The notes beneath the pieces were generated by a model, which worked only from the letters and a program-made list of their open reading frames with translations, was not told the DNA's origin and ran no database searches. From NCBI GenBank assembly GCA_964188305.1, contig OZ076887.1: a stretch of DNA of 64,000 nucleotides; one strand, given 5' to 3'. Shown in pieces: positions 1-13,510 of this stretch. A program made the position numbers and the translations under genes. Source of the stretch: Podarcis bocagei. Its lineage: Eukaryota. Within the stretch, counting starts at the first letter, position 1. Each line of letters begins with the position of its first letter.

Positions 1-128
1 GTTCAATCCCTTACCTCTCTGGGTAGAAAGATTCTCAGATTGGCAGTAGCTCCAATCAGTACCAATAATATTGAGCTAGATAGACCAATGGGCTGACTCT
101 GTATTGGACTGCTTCCAATGTTCCATGC
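1..128 (+). mobile_element. 3' part of tRNA-derived SINE with CR1-type tail (Squam3-like), cut by window edge
   Basis: B-box-like GTTCAATCCC, then the tail ...AATATTGAGCTAGATAGACCAATGGGCTGACTCTGTAT...GCTTCCAATGTTCC; same family as 62130-62330. Confidence 0.7.
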
Positions 129-213
129 TTAGACACTTGTTTCCAGTGTCATTCAGTTGCCCAGTAAACGGCTTGTTTTGTTTGCCTGAACATAAAGTGA
201 GTAGGAGTTCTTG

Positions 214-215
<2 letters not shown>

Positions 216-257
<42 letters not shown>
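216..257. repeat. (AT)n microsatellite
   Basis: Perfect dinucleotide run. Confidence 0.98.
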
Positions 258-260
<3 letters not shown>

Positions 261-1859
261 TGCTCCTGTAGAAAAAGTAGAAATTTCTAGCGCATGCTGA
301 CTTTCCACAGATATAGCTATTAAATGTGCCACAAATAGAAACCATTGCTGGCTTCTTATCATTTCTTGGAAGAATTATTAATAGGGGCCAAACCTCATGT
401 GAACACTTACTGCACAGCACGTAGCTATGGCTCCTCTTTTTTGGCACAATTCTAAGACTAAGGTGTGATTCCTCTCAGAAATGTAGTGAACGGAGGTGGG
501 GGGAGGGCTCTCCTCTTCCTTCTTCAACCCTTGTCAGAAGAGAATATAGAAAAACATCATGACACACAGCTAGTGGCTTTAAAAAAATAAATTAAAATTG
601 GTACCCTAACCATGCAGAGGGTGGGAAGAGATGCACCTCTCTTTCCTACATTATGCATTTCTGATAGAAATCACACACAGATCCTATAATGTAATTAACA
701 AACAAACAAACAAAAATCACTACCTAATAAGTTTAATATGTAGTTTGGTCCCAGTTCGCCAAAATCCACACCCTAAGAAGTTTTCTTCTTTTGAATGATG
801 GTCATTTGTGGCACTACTTTGATTTGTGGTAGCTCTATGATGGGGTAAGCACATTATTTGAAAGCATATCATCACATGGAACAGCTCTTAGTCAATGCCA
901 ATTGTGTGTCGCTTGTGTAGAGACTGTCTAGCAGTCCCCAGAGTGAGATGACTGGAGAGAGCCGTTAACTGATTCCATCAATGGTTTCTATGGGGCACAA
1001 CAGAAACTCTTTTGCCCACCCATGAGAATTTCACCAAAAATTGCTTTTCCCTTTGCTAATTTTCAAATGGAGTTTCTTTTCTTTTCTCATTAAATGATGG
1101 ACAATTGTAGGGGGGGGAGTGGGATGCATTTTTGATATGTTTTTGATGTAGTTGAGTTATCTTTGAAATCCACCTTCTGAATAGGTCTATCTGAAGTCTG
1201 CTGGAAGAGTCTTTCAAAGGGTAGCTGCCAGTCTGGATTGTAATGGAATCGTTGAGCTGCTCACACTTGTGCAGAAATCCTGTTTGAGTCTTTTCGTTTA
1301 TTCACGGATAAACAAAATGCTCTTTATTGCCTTGCACACACTTTTGACAGATGGCTCCAAGCCTACAGCTCAGGTGTAGAAAGAGATAAATGAAACTGTT
1401 TTTTAATTGATACACAGACACGCAAACACACACTTGCTAGTGACTTTCATCATTTACTGAAAGGTGCCTCGAGTCATCTATCTGCTTCATGTTCAGTCTA
1501 TGAGACAGAACTTGCTTTATTCACAATAACTACTTTGATTCTGAACACATGATATGCCTTTTGGAATATTCAGTTTGCAAAGTTTGAATCACTGTGACTT
1601 TGCATTTGAGTTATAAGTGAAAATAACATTTGATTGTTATTGTGCTTGCAGTTTTTGCATGAATGGGAGGCTTTGGAACTTCAGCATGGCCAGAATTTTA
1701 TGCCATACTTTGCGCATTTGGATGTCATATACTATCTCATTGGATGTCTTCTTGAATGGTACTAATGGTAACATTCTCATATAGCAAGAGGCCTTGTGGG
1801 GAAATGTTGGTAAATAGATTCAATGGGTCATGCACAGGCGCAAGCATGTCTCTCCCTAG

Positions 1860-2235
1860 TAAGGATGGAAGGATCTGCCAATTCCAGTTCTCTTAGCTTC
1901 CCATTTTTCCAGTTTTAAATTCAGATCTCTACCTTCTACAGCAATTTGCATGTTTTGTATGCCATTTTGACTAATGTACACATTTTTCCAAGCAATTTCC
2001 CCTAATACAATGCATTTTTGTATGTTTTCACTAATGTCTTCATTCACACACGCACTTTATCCTAATATATGCATTTTTGTAAGCACTGTTTGGTTGGAAA
2101 ACTGCATTGCAAAATCCAGATAAGTGTGAATTTCTAAGAATAGATGTATTTCTGATAGCATATTAGTTCAGAAAGGGTTAATTTGATATATTTGGCTTCA
2201 GATGCATAGTGATTCAAATTTCTCCTGAATCCCTA
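1860..2235 (+). mobile_element. Non-autonomous DNA transposon/MITE (TAGGGATG-type ends, probably hAT)
   Basis: Ends TAAGGATG...AATCCCTA. Internal blocks (AAGCAATTTCCC.TAATAC, TATATGCATTTTTGTAA, AACTGCATTGCAA) are shared with a second copy at about 36895-37280. Confidence 0.65.
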
Positions 2236-2887
2236 CTCATTGGTGGTTTGGCATTCAATCCAGTAATCTAATCTAAAGACTTTATCGATTGTTTTTGAAG
2301 AAGGATGTTGACATTGGAAGTGGCCTACTTCAAAACAGCCAGTAAAGTGCCTGGACTTAAAACCAAACTTCCAACGAGGCAAGATTGCCTCTGTGCACAA
2401 AACGTTGAGGGCAATTGTCAAAAATACATTTTATAAAGCTCTTTCCATGAACCGAGGGGAAAATTGACATTTAAAGGTCCTTGACTGCGAATTACTATTA
2501 CCTGCTGAAGTGAGGATGAGGGTTCTTTGCAAACACTTGAACAGTTGAGGTCTCAGGGATGCCAGATTGGTAACTTATGTGCAAATTGATAGCTGTGATG
2601 ATGTGGTGGTAAGTGATGTAAGGGATTTGTCTTTTATGAAAACTAGAAGAGAGTGATCTGTGACCACCACTGGAAAACCCTTTCTCCTCCTAAGGCAATG
2701 CAGTTTCCTGAACACTTTGAGTTGTAACTGTTCATCACAAATTACAGTGGAACTCTAGGTATGTAGGAAGCAAAGAATATTGACAAAATATCCATACACT
2801 GTTGACTCATGTCAAGAACTAAGAGTCCTAGATGCTTTTCACATGTACTACTGGCAAGCCAGGTGTCCCTGCAACTTACATTGCTGC

Positions 2888-3319
2888 AGGTGGTTCTTAC
2901 TGCCTGTGTGTAGAACCTTACATCTGATCCTGTTGAAATTCATTTTGTTGTTTGGGCCTAATTTTACAATCTCTTAAAGTCATACTGAATGCCAATTCCA
3001 TCTTGGTGTCATTAGTATATTTGATGAGCATCCCCTCAGTTCCTTCATCAAAGTTGCTTATAAGGATGTTGAACAACAACAGACCCGAGACATAACCCTG
3101 TGACACTCTACTTTTTTCTTGGATGATGAGGAACCATTAGTGAGCACTCTTTAGGTTCAGTCAGTCAACCACCTACAATTCTGCCTAACAGTAACCTCAT
3201 CTAGCCCACCAGCTTCTCTGCAAGAATATCATGGGGGACTTTATCAAAAGCCTTACTGAAATCAAGATACACTGCATCCACAGCATTCCGCTGATCTACC
3301 AAGCTTGTAACTCTATCAA
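2888..3319 (-). mobile_element. CR1 LINE reverse-transcriptase fragment (degenerate)
   Basis: Minus-strand translation gives AVYLDFSKAFDKVPHDIL and SQGYVSGLLLFNILISNFDEGTEGMLIKYTNDTK, matching the CR1 motifs PQGSVLGP.LFNIFINDLD...KFADDTK. Confidence 0.9.
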
Positions 3320-3550
3320 CTTAGCAGAGAGGGAGAAAACTACCCTTGGTAAAGTAGCCTGGTATTATTATTATTATTTATTATTATTATTGTACCTAAC
3401 TATACATACACTGATTTAGACTGCCAATGTTTATTTTTTGGGAAGCTTTTTAAAACTGTTTTAAATGCTGTATTTTAAATTCTTGTGACTTACCCAATGA
3501 TCTTAGGGTAAATGGTGGGTAATAAATAATAACAGCAACATTTTAATAAT

Positions 3551-3897
3551 AAGGTAAGGTTAAGAACCCATGGATGGTTAAGTCCAGTCGATTTCAACTA
3601 TGGGGTGCAGCGCTCATCTCGCTTTTCAGGCCGGGAGAGCCGGCGTTTGTTCACAGGCAGCTTTCCAGGTCATGTGGCCAGCATGACTAAAATGCTTCTG
3701 GTGCAATGGGACACCGTGATGAGTGCCAGAGTGCACGGAAATGTTGTTTACCTTCTCACCAAAATGGCACCTATTTATCTACTTGCATTGGTGTGCTTTT
3801 GAACTGCTAGGTTGGCAGAAGTTGGGACAGAGCAACGGGAGCTCATCTCGTCATGCGGATTTGAACTGCCAACCTTCCGATTGGCAAACCCAAGAGG
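3551..3897 (-). mobile_element. Sauria SINE, 5'-truncated, longer/older subfamily
   Basis: Reverse complement carries CTGCCAACCTAGCAGTTC, GTAGATAAATAGGT, GCTGGCCACATGACC, GCGAGATGAGCG and an ACCTT tail. It has an extra internal segment relative to the copies at 54071 and 56975. Confidence 0.92.
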
Positions 3898-4660
3898 GTC
3901 AGGGATAATACTATGCTGATGGCTAGCATAAAATCAACCATAAAATTACATTCATAAAACAAATGCAAAATATATACTTTTTGTGTTGGCACTCCTCCAG
4001 AAATGAGTTCCACTTTTATGTAAGACATTTGTACTGCTTCTCACTATGAAAACCAAGTCAGATTGAACTTTTAACCTTGCTATTCACTCAAGACCAAATG
4101 TTAAATTGATCTTTTCCCAAAAATTATCTGAGAACTTCCCTGTTGCTGTTGCTGCTGCTAGTGTTGCTGTTAAAATTTATTTTGTTCTGAAACAAAGGAT
4201 TGCTTTTGTCATGAACAGAGAGGCAAAGGGGATATCCAGAGCTATTAGGACCACTTCATGGTATCACCCAAAGATATGCTGGAAAGGAAATGTCCCTTCA
4301 CAGAATGAAAAATGAAGTGTGTGCAGTTAAAGATACTTTGTTTGCAATTATTTCAGCTTGTCTGCCTATTTGTACCTTGTTGAAATACAGACAGAAAGGA
4401 CCTAAATGAAGGCAATGCATTATGAAGGTCTCCAGCTTCTTCCAATCTCTGAAGAGAAGGGGAGGGGATGTCACAGGTTGTGAGGAGGGTTAATGGACCT
4501 AACTTACTCATAGCAATTAAATTCAGTGGGTCCACTTTGAGTAAACATCACTGAATACCTCCACACGTTTCAAAAACTCCAATAGGGCACCAACAATATC
4601 GTTCCTTGGATGCCAGTGGTGAGCTGCAACTCCAGCAAAGTCATTGTGCTCCCGAGAAAG

Positions 4661-4661
<1 letters not shown>

Positions 4662-4714
<53 letters not shown>

Positions 4715-5016
4715 ATGTATTTATACCCCACCCATCTGGCTGGGTTTCCCCAGCCACTCTGGGTGGTTCCCAACAAAATATTAAAAAAACGATAAAACAT
4801 CAAATATTAAAAACTTCCCTAAACAGGGTTGCCTTCTTCTAAAAGTCAGATAATTGTTTATTTCCTTGGCGTTCCACAGGGCGGTCACCACTACTGAGAA
4901 GGCCCTCTACCTGGTTTTCTGTAACCTCGCTTCTCACAGTGAGGGAACCGCCAGAAGGCCCTTGGAGCTGGACCTCAGTGTCCGGGCTGAACGATGGGGG
5001 TGGAGAGGCTGCTTCA
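4662..5016 (-). mobile_element. L2-clade LINE 3' end with (AAT)n tail
   Basis: Minus strand encodes RAFSVVVTALWN (L2 ORF2 C-terminal motif RAFSVAAPxLWN), then the 3' UTR and an (ATT)17 tail at 4662-4712. Confidence 0.8.
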
Positions 5017-6627
5017 TAAGGTCAAGCAAAGTTGTCTTAAAATCAGTCCTGGTTCTTACAAAAAAAAAGGACCCTAAAACTTTCCACCTAGGTACTGCAA
5101 GGTAAAGGCATTTATGGGCATGTTAACCGAAGTCTCAGCCAGGGAATTTGGGAGCAGCTATCCTTTTCTGCATAGAGGTCATTTATGCAACCAGCCCACC
5201 AATGCACAGGATACCATTGGAAGTGTATCACTGTCTCTCAAAGGCTTCGCAACAGACTTTACTTGTCTCTCAGGAGTTGTATACTTTTCTTTTTTCTTTT
5301 TAATTTAAATTTTATTAACATATAAAACACATACATTTCAAACTGCTATTGGTCTGGCCCGATGCAGATAAATCACAGCCATCATATGGAAAACATTGCA
5401 TGTGCTCCAGCAACCTTGAGATCCCACACAAAGAGCAACTTTATGCAACTTTGGGAGCGCAGGGTGCCCTCAAGCGGTATAGTGACAGTTGTAGCACAAA
5501 TGAGCCGTGTTCAAAGTTGACATGGCACATTGTTCTGAAATGTATTTGTCACTTTCCCCTCTCCCACATCCTGGTCCCTCAACCCGAGTCATGAAAGGCA
5601 GTTGCAGCCTGTAGTACATTGACCTTTTCAGCGTTATAGAATTTAATTGATCTCGCACCACTTGTGGCTTCACTAACAGGCTTGAGAAGAGGGTGGGCAG
5701 CATGCCTAGCTAGTCAAAATAATAGGATATTTAAAAGGTTAAATCAGTCCTGCATTCATCATGACTGTCTATAACAGGCACCACTGGGCATAACAAGTCT
5801 TGATTCCTCATACCAATACCACAGACAGCTGGGGGTAGGGTGGCGGAGGGGAGAAAGAATCCATTCTCATGAATATGCATGACTCTAATGAGAACAGACA
5901 AGGCTGTGCATACTTAACCTTTTCTTGTTATCGTTGGAGATTGCACACTTGTGTTTCTTCTCAGGATGACACACCTGAGCTGAAAAAAGGAAGATTAGTA
6001 CATCCTCTGATGCTGCATAAATGTCATATTTGTTGATGATCCTGTGATGAGAGTTGGTGCTTCACAGATTTTGACTTCACAAAAGCGGGGGTTGCTATAT
6101 TCCTTTTGTTCTCCCTGAACCAAAACCAAAACATGATTGCACATGTAGAAAGACTTAAGTGGATAGCAAAAGTCAAAGGGAACTGGCCCAGCTCTGTGTT
6201 GAACACTTTGAAATATGAAAGGCACTGCTCATTTTTGTGGCAGAACATGGAGGACACAAGAAGACAACTCACTTTCTCTCTTCCCCTCCCCTCCTACTTT
6301 TTCTGGTGCCTGGAGATACACATGTGTGTATTTATATATATAGTTTTAATTCTATCCATGTTTCATTGTTTTTAGTGGTTCTCGTTTTTATCTGTAAGTT
6401 GCCTTGACTCCCTGTCAGAGAAAAAGGTAGGGTGGTATAATAATAACAATAATTAATAATAATAATAATAATTAATGCAACCTAGGTGCAAATTGAGTCT
6501 GGTGTAGATCAAGCCCCAGTTCAAGCTTTCAACCTGTTTCACCTACTCACCTGGACAGGAAAGTGTAGGGGTAGCCTCTTAATTTTGCAACCCTTTAGTG
6601 GATCACAATAAGATAGGCATGTTGGAA

Positions 6628-6735
6628 TGTGTTGCCCAACAGATATTGTTGAAGTCCCCATCAATTCTAGCCATCTTGGCAAGGGATAATGGTAGTTAGC
6701 AACCTGGGGGGGGGGCTACAAGTTCCTTGTTCCTG
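6628..6735. mobile_element. Degenerate palindromic hAT MITE (same family as 10102-10225)
   Basis: CAGATATTGTTG...CCCATC...AGGGATAATGG...ACAAGTTCCTTGTTCCTG resembles the other copies. Confidence 0.5.
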
Positions 6736-6754
6736 CCGTAAGATTTCCCTCTTA

Positions 6755-6876
6755 AAAGGTAAAGGGACCCCTGACCATTAGGTCCAGTCGTGGCTGACTC
6801 TGGGGTTGTGGCGCTCATCTCACTTTACTGGCCGAGGGAGCCGGTGTACAGCTTCCAGGTCATGTGGCCAGCATGA
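6755..6876 (-). mobile_element. Sauria SINE 3' fragment
   Basis: AAAGGTAAAGGGACCCCTGACCATTAGGTCCAGTCG...GGTCATGTGGCCAGCATGA is the reverse complement of the 3' part of 54071-54431. Confidence 0.92.
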
Positions 6877-9800
6877 TAACAGCTCTTCCTATTTCCCCTG
6901 ATTTTTTTTTGATTTTTTTTTAAGGAGCAATCAAGTTGTTGTGAGTTGTTCCCATCGTGTGTATGTGTGTGTGTGGGGGGGGGGACAGAGGGATGGACTT
7001 TTCTTCAGATTGGAACCTCCACACAATCAAATTCTGATAGTCAGGGAGCTGACTTTGGGTTCAATTCCAGTCTGCTGCTAAAGGCTAAACCATTCCTACA
7101 GGGTTTTTTCAAACTTTGGCATAAACCACCTTCACTGTCATTTTCAATTTCCATCTGCACAGCAGGCTCGATAAGCACAAGTGTTTAGATTTCCACAATT
7201 AAAATGATTGAGGAGCCAGTTCACTTCTAATAAATGGTCTGAAATAACAAGCTCCTCCAGTGTACTGAGCATCAAAAACAAATAATGGGGAGGAAAGAAA
7301 TTGCTTCCGATGATTATATTGGGCAGAGAATGTAATTTACATCAAAATGTGCAATGTGTCTCTACATCCCTCCTCTCTGGCTGCTAGAATGTGAATGCTG
7401 AACTGAAGGAAAACATTTCCCACTGTCCCTGCCTTAGTGTGATATATCATTCCCTCCCTCAACATGATAGTCCTTTTGCAATTACTACGGGATTTTAAAT
7501 TTTTATTCTTAACAAAGTTTGCAGCATTGTGTTACAGACACTGGCTTGGATCCTTTTTGTGAATGGAACAGAGTTCATGTTCATAGATAAGGGCTTTCCA
7601 TCTTATAGCAGTCTCCTACACCTCCAAACATCTGGTTCTATGTGTGGAGGATCTTTATGAATGATATGCCATATGGTGCAAGGGCTGCTGATGTAGTAAG
7701 GATTTGATAGAAATTCCCCAGTCCCCTCAGTGTGAACTGAGGAACCATTCAGAATCCAAGCCACTTTGCACAGCACTAAACCCCACAGTGCATGAATCTG
7801 CCTCATTCTGTTGTACGTTTAAAATCCTCTGAACTCACCAGACACCTTAACATATTTTCTTGAAGCTTTATGGTGCATCTGTCGTGCTTGAGTATGGAGT
7901 TGCTGATAACTGTTGATCACCTGTAGAAAGAAGGTTGTCTAACAACATTGAATATGCAAAGATGCATCTCATAGCTATCTAAGCAGAAAATGCAAGACTC
8001 CTCAAGCATGACGAGTGCTCAGATAAATTTAGTGCCTCTCCCTTTAAAATTCTCTCAAGTGCCAGTTGGAGGAAGAAACTGAGTCTCTTCTTCCAAGTAT
8101 TTTAAAGGTCTATCAACCAAAGTTTACAGGTTATTCCATTCTTATTTAAGGCTAATTTATTTTATAGTTGGGCATTCAAATACTCTTATGCATTTATGTG
8201 GTGTGTGATCACAAACTGAACCTGTCAATCACAATAGAGCTCTTGTGTTTGCTCTCTCTTCCTCCACCACCACCCTGATGTTATATCATTATGGTAACCT
8301 TAGAGACATTCATTTCATTTTCAGCAGACATCAGTCTACATTATTGTTTCTGACTGCTGGATCTTCAAGATGCCACAAAGTGTGTCAACTCATGGCATCT
8401 TGTAGAGATCCTGCTTCACCTTCAAGCCCCAAATACCTCTGATGCAACTCACTTCACCTTGAAAGATTGGATTCATCCAAATTCGATTCAGATCCCTAAT
8501 AAATAGCCCCAGGGTGAAGTTAGGAGGCAGGAGACACCAGTGAGACACACCATGTGTTTCCAACCATATACAAGAAGCACCTATATAGTTCTGGTTATCG
8601 TGCAATATAAGAAGTAATTGCAACATCCCTTTACACACACTGCTTTTCGGTGGTAATTTAGATGTACCCAAGAATAGGCTTGCTATAAACTATGCTCCCT
8701 AACCCTTTCCAAAATTGAAAGGATGCCACCAAAATATCTTATCTCTGTTTTTTGAATTTTAAGATGCAGTCTTTCTTTCATTTTAAGCTTTATTTTAATG
8801 TCGAGTCACAAGGTGCAGAAGGTGATGTTAAGACACAAGCCTCTTTTGCAGCTGTGGAAGATTAATCTTGTACTGCTACTTTCCTGACCTCAAAAGAAAC
8901 CACAGCACTAAATCACAGACGAGTCCATGCAAGCCAAACAGTTGCTTTCATGAGTCTTTAAAGTCCAATCTCCTAATATGATGGCATATCCTCTGGTAGC
9001 CAAATAGAAGTTTGATATTTTGCATATTTGACTAATCTTCCACCCCCCCTTTGTTTTCTGACATAGTGATGAATGCTAGATGTCGCTGTATGAGGGTCAT
9101 ATTCAAAGGCATTAGTCAGGAAATCCCAAATGGATGTGGTGGCACCTCTGCATGATGCTTTTGAACACATTAGAAAGAAACCTAAGACTTGAAGCTTTAG
9201 GACATGATTACCTATTCCACCCTCACCTTGAAGCTTCAAAGTCTGGCTGCTTCTTAGCAAAGCAGGGCTGGAAGGGAATGATTTCAGTGAAGCTGTAGCA
9301 TACCAGTGGAGAGTGCTTAATGCTTCCTTTGCTCCTCACTTCCCACCTCAAATTCCCCTACAGCTGCCTGCTCCCCCAGTAGGGGTTCCAATGCCCATTT
9401 TCCATTACAAATTAATGTCAGGAGTTTTTCATGAAACAAAAGGAGCTGGTAGTGAGAAGGGGAAAGCAACCAGCAAAGGAAGGGTTGGGGTACCACTTCT
9501 GCCTGCCATGTCTCTGTAGGCAATTGCAGCCGCCCAGGTTTGCAAAGAATACTACAGGTTGGTAGGACTTGAAAGACATAGGTTTTGCCATTCGTCTTCT
9601 TTCGTTTGAGCCGTCTGTGCTGATGGTCCTGTAGGATTTTGTGCTCACTTGCATTTGGCCCTTCCATTTCCAGTTTCAGTTCAAGTTTTCCAGTTTGCTG
9701 TTCAGGGAAATGCATGGCCCTCAGGGCTGCCATGCTCTGATAATGTTTGCAGTCCCAGATTGTCTTGACATGAGTATCGTTTGTGCATTAATTGACAAGA

Positions 9801-10101
9801 TGTCCCCCAAATCCCATGCTACCTTCATCAGAGATTGCTTCTGGCTGCTCACTTGCTGTTCAATGCCAGCAGTATATTTTAGGCCATTGCTACAGTGCCA
9901 GCTGCCTTGCACTAATTCATGCTACCAGCAATGAATAGGCATGCAAGATCCATCCTATCTCACTATTGGCTCCTTCCTGTTGTACGTAGGGTGAAGAATG
10001 TCAAGAGTCCTAAAGCTGTGTCTATTAACTGAAGCTGATTTCCATCTTTTATGCATTTGAATTTTGGGCCATTTTTTAAAATAAAGAAAACCTCCTTATT
10101 A

Positions 10102-10225
10102 CAGGAGTGGAGAACTAGCAACCCTCCAGATGTTGTTGGCATACAGCTCCAATCACCTTCTTCTCTGGGGCTGATGGGAATTGAAGTCCAAAAATATCTG
10201 AAGGGCCACAAGGTCCCTATCCCCG
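10102..10225. mobile_element. Palindromic hAT MITE with 8-bp TSD
   Basis: CAGG...CCCG ends; internal inverted CCCTCCAGATGTTGTTGG / CCAAAAATATCTGAAGGG; flanks CCTTATTA / CCTTATAA (7/8). Confidence 0.8.
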
Positions 10226-12314
10226 CCTTATAAATTCAGACCGACATATGGCTGTGGCATGCAAGCCAATCAGCCCCACTGTCTACTTTTTGAATTCTGT
10301 CCTGAGAGCAGAATGCTGTTGTGAGGACAGAACAGAGACCCTAGGATGCAAACTCAGAAGAGAATGCTAAAGTTGACAAAGACTGGAGTTCTTATTTCAG
10401 ATGACGGTATGTGCACCTGCAAAATCTATGCTAGAACCTTATTAGGATTGCCTTGCAGGCCAAATTTGATCCCACCCACCTGACAATCATCTGATGTCAG
10501 GTGGAAGGTCAAGTCCTGAAATTAGGACTTTGGGGTATCGTGCAAGGCACTGCTAACACTTAGTGTCCCCCCCTTATTTTAGCAAGGGTTTCCAATACAA
10601 ATCCCTTCCTGAATCAGGAGGAGTTTTTTATCAAAAGCTCTGCTAAAACAGTGGCGGGACGACTTGGTTTAGCAGGCAATTCCACTGCAAACTACTTTTG
10701 TTTATCCAGAATGGGGTTGCATGGAATCCTGCTGATCTGCTGTGCAGACAGTCAACAAAGATTTAGCCCCACCCTTCCACCATCAGCTGACATCATGAGT
10801 GATGCCAGTTTATGGGTGACTTGGCAGGCACCTTGCTGTAGACTGTCAACTCAATGAACTTTCTGTGTGGCCAGTATCATGGTTTAGTTCAAACTGCTGT
10901 GGGGGAAAACTGGAGTCCTCCTTTCTATACCTGATGTGAAAAGGAGAGTAAGGGTCATATTTGCAGTTCCAAAGTCTTGAATAGAAATGGATACTTGTCT
11001 TCTGTGCAATCCTGATTAGAAACCTAGTTTGGAGGACTAATACACAGTTTGCTGATGTGGGCATCACACTAAACTGTGATTTGATAAAACCAGGAAGTTG
11101 TCTTTTAAGCCATCTAAGGGGACGTTTGAAAGTTTGAAGGGGCAGAAATATATGCTTGAGTCCATCACTTGTTCTTGACTTTCCAAATTTGGAGAAATGG
11201 CTTAAAACAACATCTGCATTCAGACAATAATTGTAAAGGTGCATCTTCCTAATATAGTCCATTGTTTGTTCCTTTTCTTTCTTTTTGTCAGCCTCTATGA
11301 ACTCTTAAAATAATTTTGTTTCTCCCTTGTATATTGAATTAAATTATGACAATAAACAAATACAGCATTCTCAACTTTTTAGTGCTATTCACCACAAGCC
11401 TACCTCAAGGGCTTGCCATCACCAAGATCTACAATTATCATAACTATTTGTATCTTAAAAGTTCCTGAACTGTCACACTGAATGATAAAGAAAACCCAGC
11501 AAAAAACAATATTTTTAAGATAACACCTTTACATCTTTACGTACTTCAAAACAATTGTTCAAAGCAGCTTGTGATTGGTAAGTATCATAGTTCCTTTGCC
11601 CTTTAACTACATGCTTATTGGAGCCATCTAGTAGCTTGACTCTTATTTCATTGAAGCTCAAGTGATCATAATTTATGTGTGACTCATATCACCTAATTAA
11701 CTGAGCTCTTTCCCATGAAGTAAAATGACTAACTTTCTTCACTTCTGTGAAATTTGGATTATAAAAACATGTGCTTAAAGGTGACTGAGATGGTGCTAAG
11801 ATTTGAGAATATCTTTCCCAAATTTGGATTAACACTTTACATGTTATAATTGGTTTAGCTTTTATCCTTGGTCTATTGCAGTTTTCCCCCATTAAAATCA
11901 CTTCTCTTGTCCAAATGACTTTGGTGTGTTTAATTGCTCAATGAACCAGTTGCAAATCCTGTCCTCAATCTCCTACCAGTGGCACAAAGTTGTTAAAATT
12001 GCTGCCTGGCAATGCATAGATATATTCTGAACCTTCAGTCCCCTCATTTTAACCTTTGTTCTATTCATTTTTCATCTGGGCTTCTTATTATTCCGGAAAA
12101 ACTTATTTATCATATACTGATTGGCATTCAATGTCTTCTGGGAGATTGCAGTTCCCATGTTGAAAAACAACAAAAAACTCTGGTAGTACATTCAGACTGC
12201 ATTATTTATTTACTTCATTAATATTAAAAATAGTTTGCATCACATCTGCCTACAAATAGTATACAACACAAAATTAAAATGATTTTAAAAAATCAGTAAT
12301 GAAAGACTAACTGT

Positions 12315-12484
12315 GCAAGCCTATTCATCTCCGTTCAGAAGCCGTATTGAATTCAGTGCGACTCATTCCCAGGAAAGAGTGCATAGGATTACATCTTTAG
12401 TTGCACTACACACATTTGCGTGTGAGTGAGCCCCATTGAACTCAATGGGGTTTATTTCTGAGTAGATAAGCATAGACCTGCAGT
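12315..12484. mobile_element. Two adjacent ~80-bp palindromic MITE-like repeats
   Basis: Units of the type CCTATGCA...CCCATTGAACTCAATGGG...GCATAGGATT. Related copies at about 22726-22810, 24843-24928 and 33484-33570. Confidence 0.55.
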
Positions 12485-13104
12485 GTTATAGTAACAGCTA
12501 AAAATCAGCAGTAAACCAGCCCGTATAACATTTTATTATCTCCCTCTCCCAAATACACAACCTAATAAAACTGTAGTTTCTTTCTTTATGACTTTCCATA
12601 TATTCGAGTATGCATGGCCTTGGATAACTTTAGAGTTGGAATCACAGCAGCTTGTTCTTGCAGGTTTTAACTGGAGTGTCACTTGCAAAGATGGCTTGAA
12701 TTTGGAAAAGGTAAGAGGTGGCGGCAGCCGTTCTGTCATTTATGAGATCCTTTGCAAAGCTTAGGCAAGATCCAAAGGCTGCCCAGGCGCCACAGCATCT
12801 TCAATCAGTCAGCTGTTTAGCCTTCTGTTTCTAAATGTGAGCCAGTGATGATGGCACAAGGAACACAAGCGTTATGTCGTAGCTTGCAGATTGAATGGCT
12901 CATCTGTGCAGCAATGCGAGGGGAGAGGTATGCATTTCTTCCCTCCTCCAGTTTCTACAGTGACTGCAAACTGACTTTTTGCTCCTCTTTAGAATCAAAG
13001 ATCAGGAAGGGGCCTTGTAAGATACTAAGTCCAAATCTCTGCTCAATGCAGGAAATCCAGGGCAAGAGAGTCTCCCACACCCTGTACTGTGTAAAAGTAT
13101 ATAT

Positions 13105-13275
13105 ACAGGCAACAACTGTTTTGTGTGGGGGTTGCATTCCTGACCCCCACGCACACTGGTGGAGTGTGTGCAAGCCCGTTCTGCCCTGTTCAACTCCACC
13201 CCACCCTTTTACACTCCCTTTACCAGGGTCAGTGTGATGCGCATAGCTGCACGTCTGTTAGACACTCATGCTGTA
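13105..13275. mobile_element. Probable Tc1/mariner-Tigger-type MITE remnant
   Basis: Bounded by TA-CAG...CTG-TA; internal inverted GTGGGGGT / ACCCCCAC. Confidence 0.4.
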
Positions 13276-13510
13276 CTTCTACATTTGTAAATAAACCCAA
13301 AAATTACAGAAACACCATAAGTTTCCAGTGACCTCTCCTTCAGTGGAAGCCAGGCCTGAGTAGCACTGCACCGCTGAACTTCTCACTGGGTGAGTAAGTA
13401 GCACATAACAGCACATAGCTGTTTTCCACATATGGCTTCCCATGTGATGAGCAAGACTTAGGTCCTCTCCTAATTTTCTTCCCTATTTTTGCACTTGTCT
13501 GAAGCCACTT

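Noticed and set aside
837-2614. Further ATG-plus-donor mini-exons (ATGATGGG|GTAAGC at 837-850; ATGATGTGGTG|GTAAGT at 2598-2614), both phase 2
   Set aside because: GTAAG is expected dozens of times by chance in 64 kb, and these sites lack independent promoter or acceptor support.
9317-9934. Overlapping ORFs on both strands
   Set aside because: No recognisable protein or transposon motif; cannot be supported as coding.
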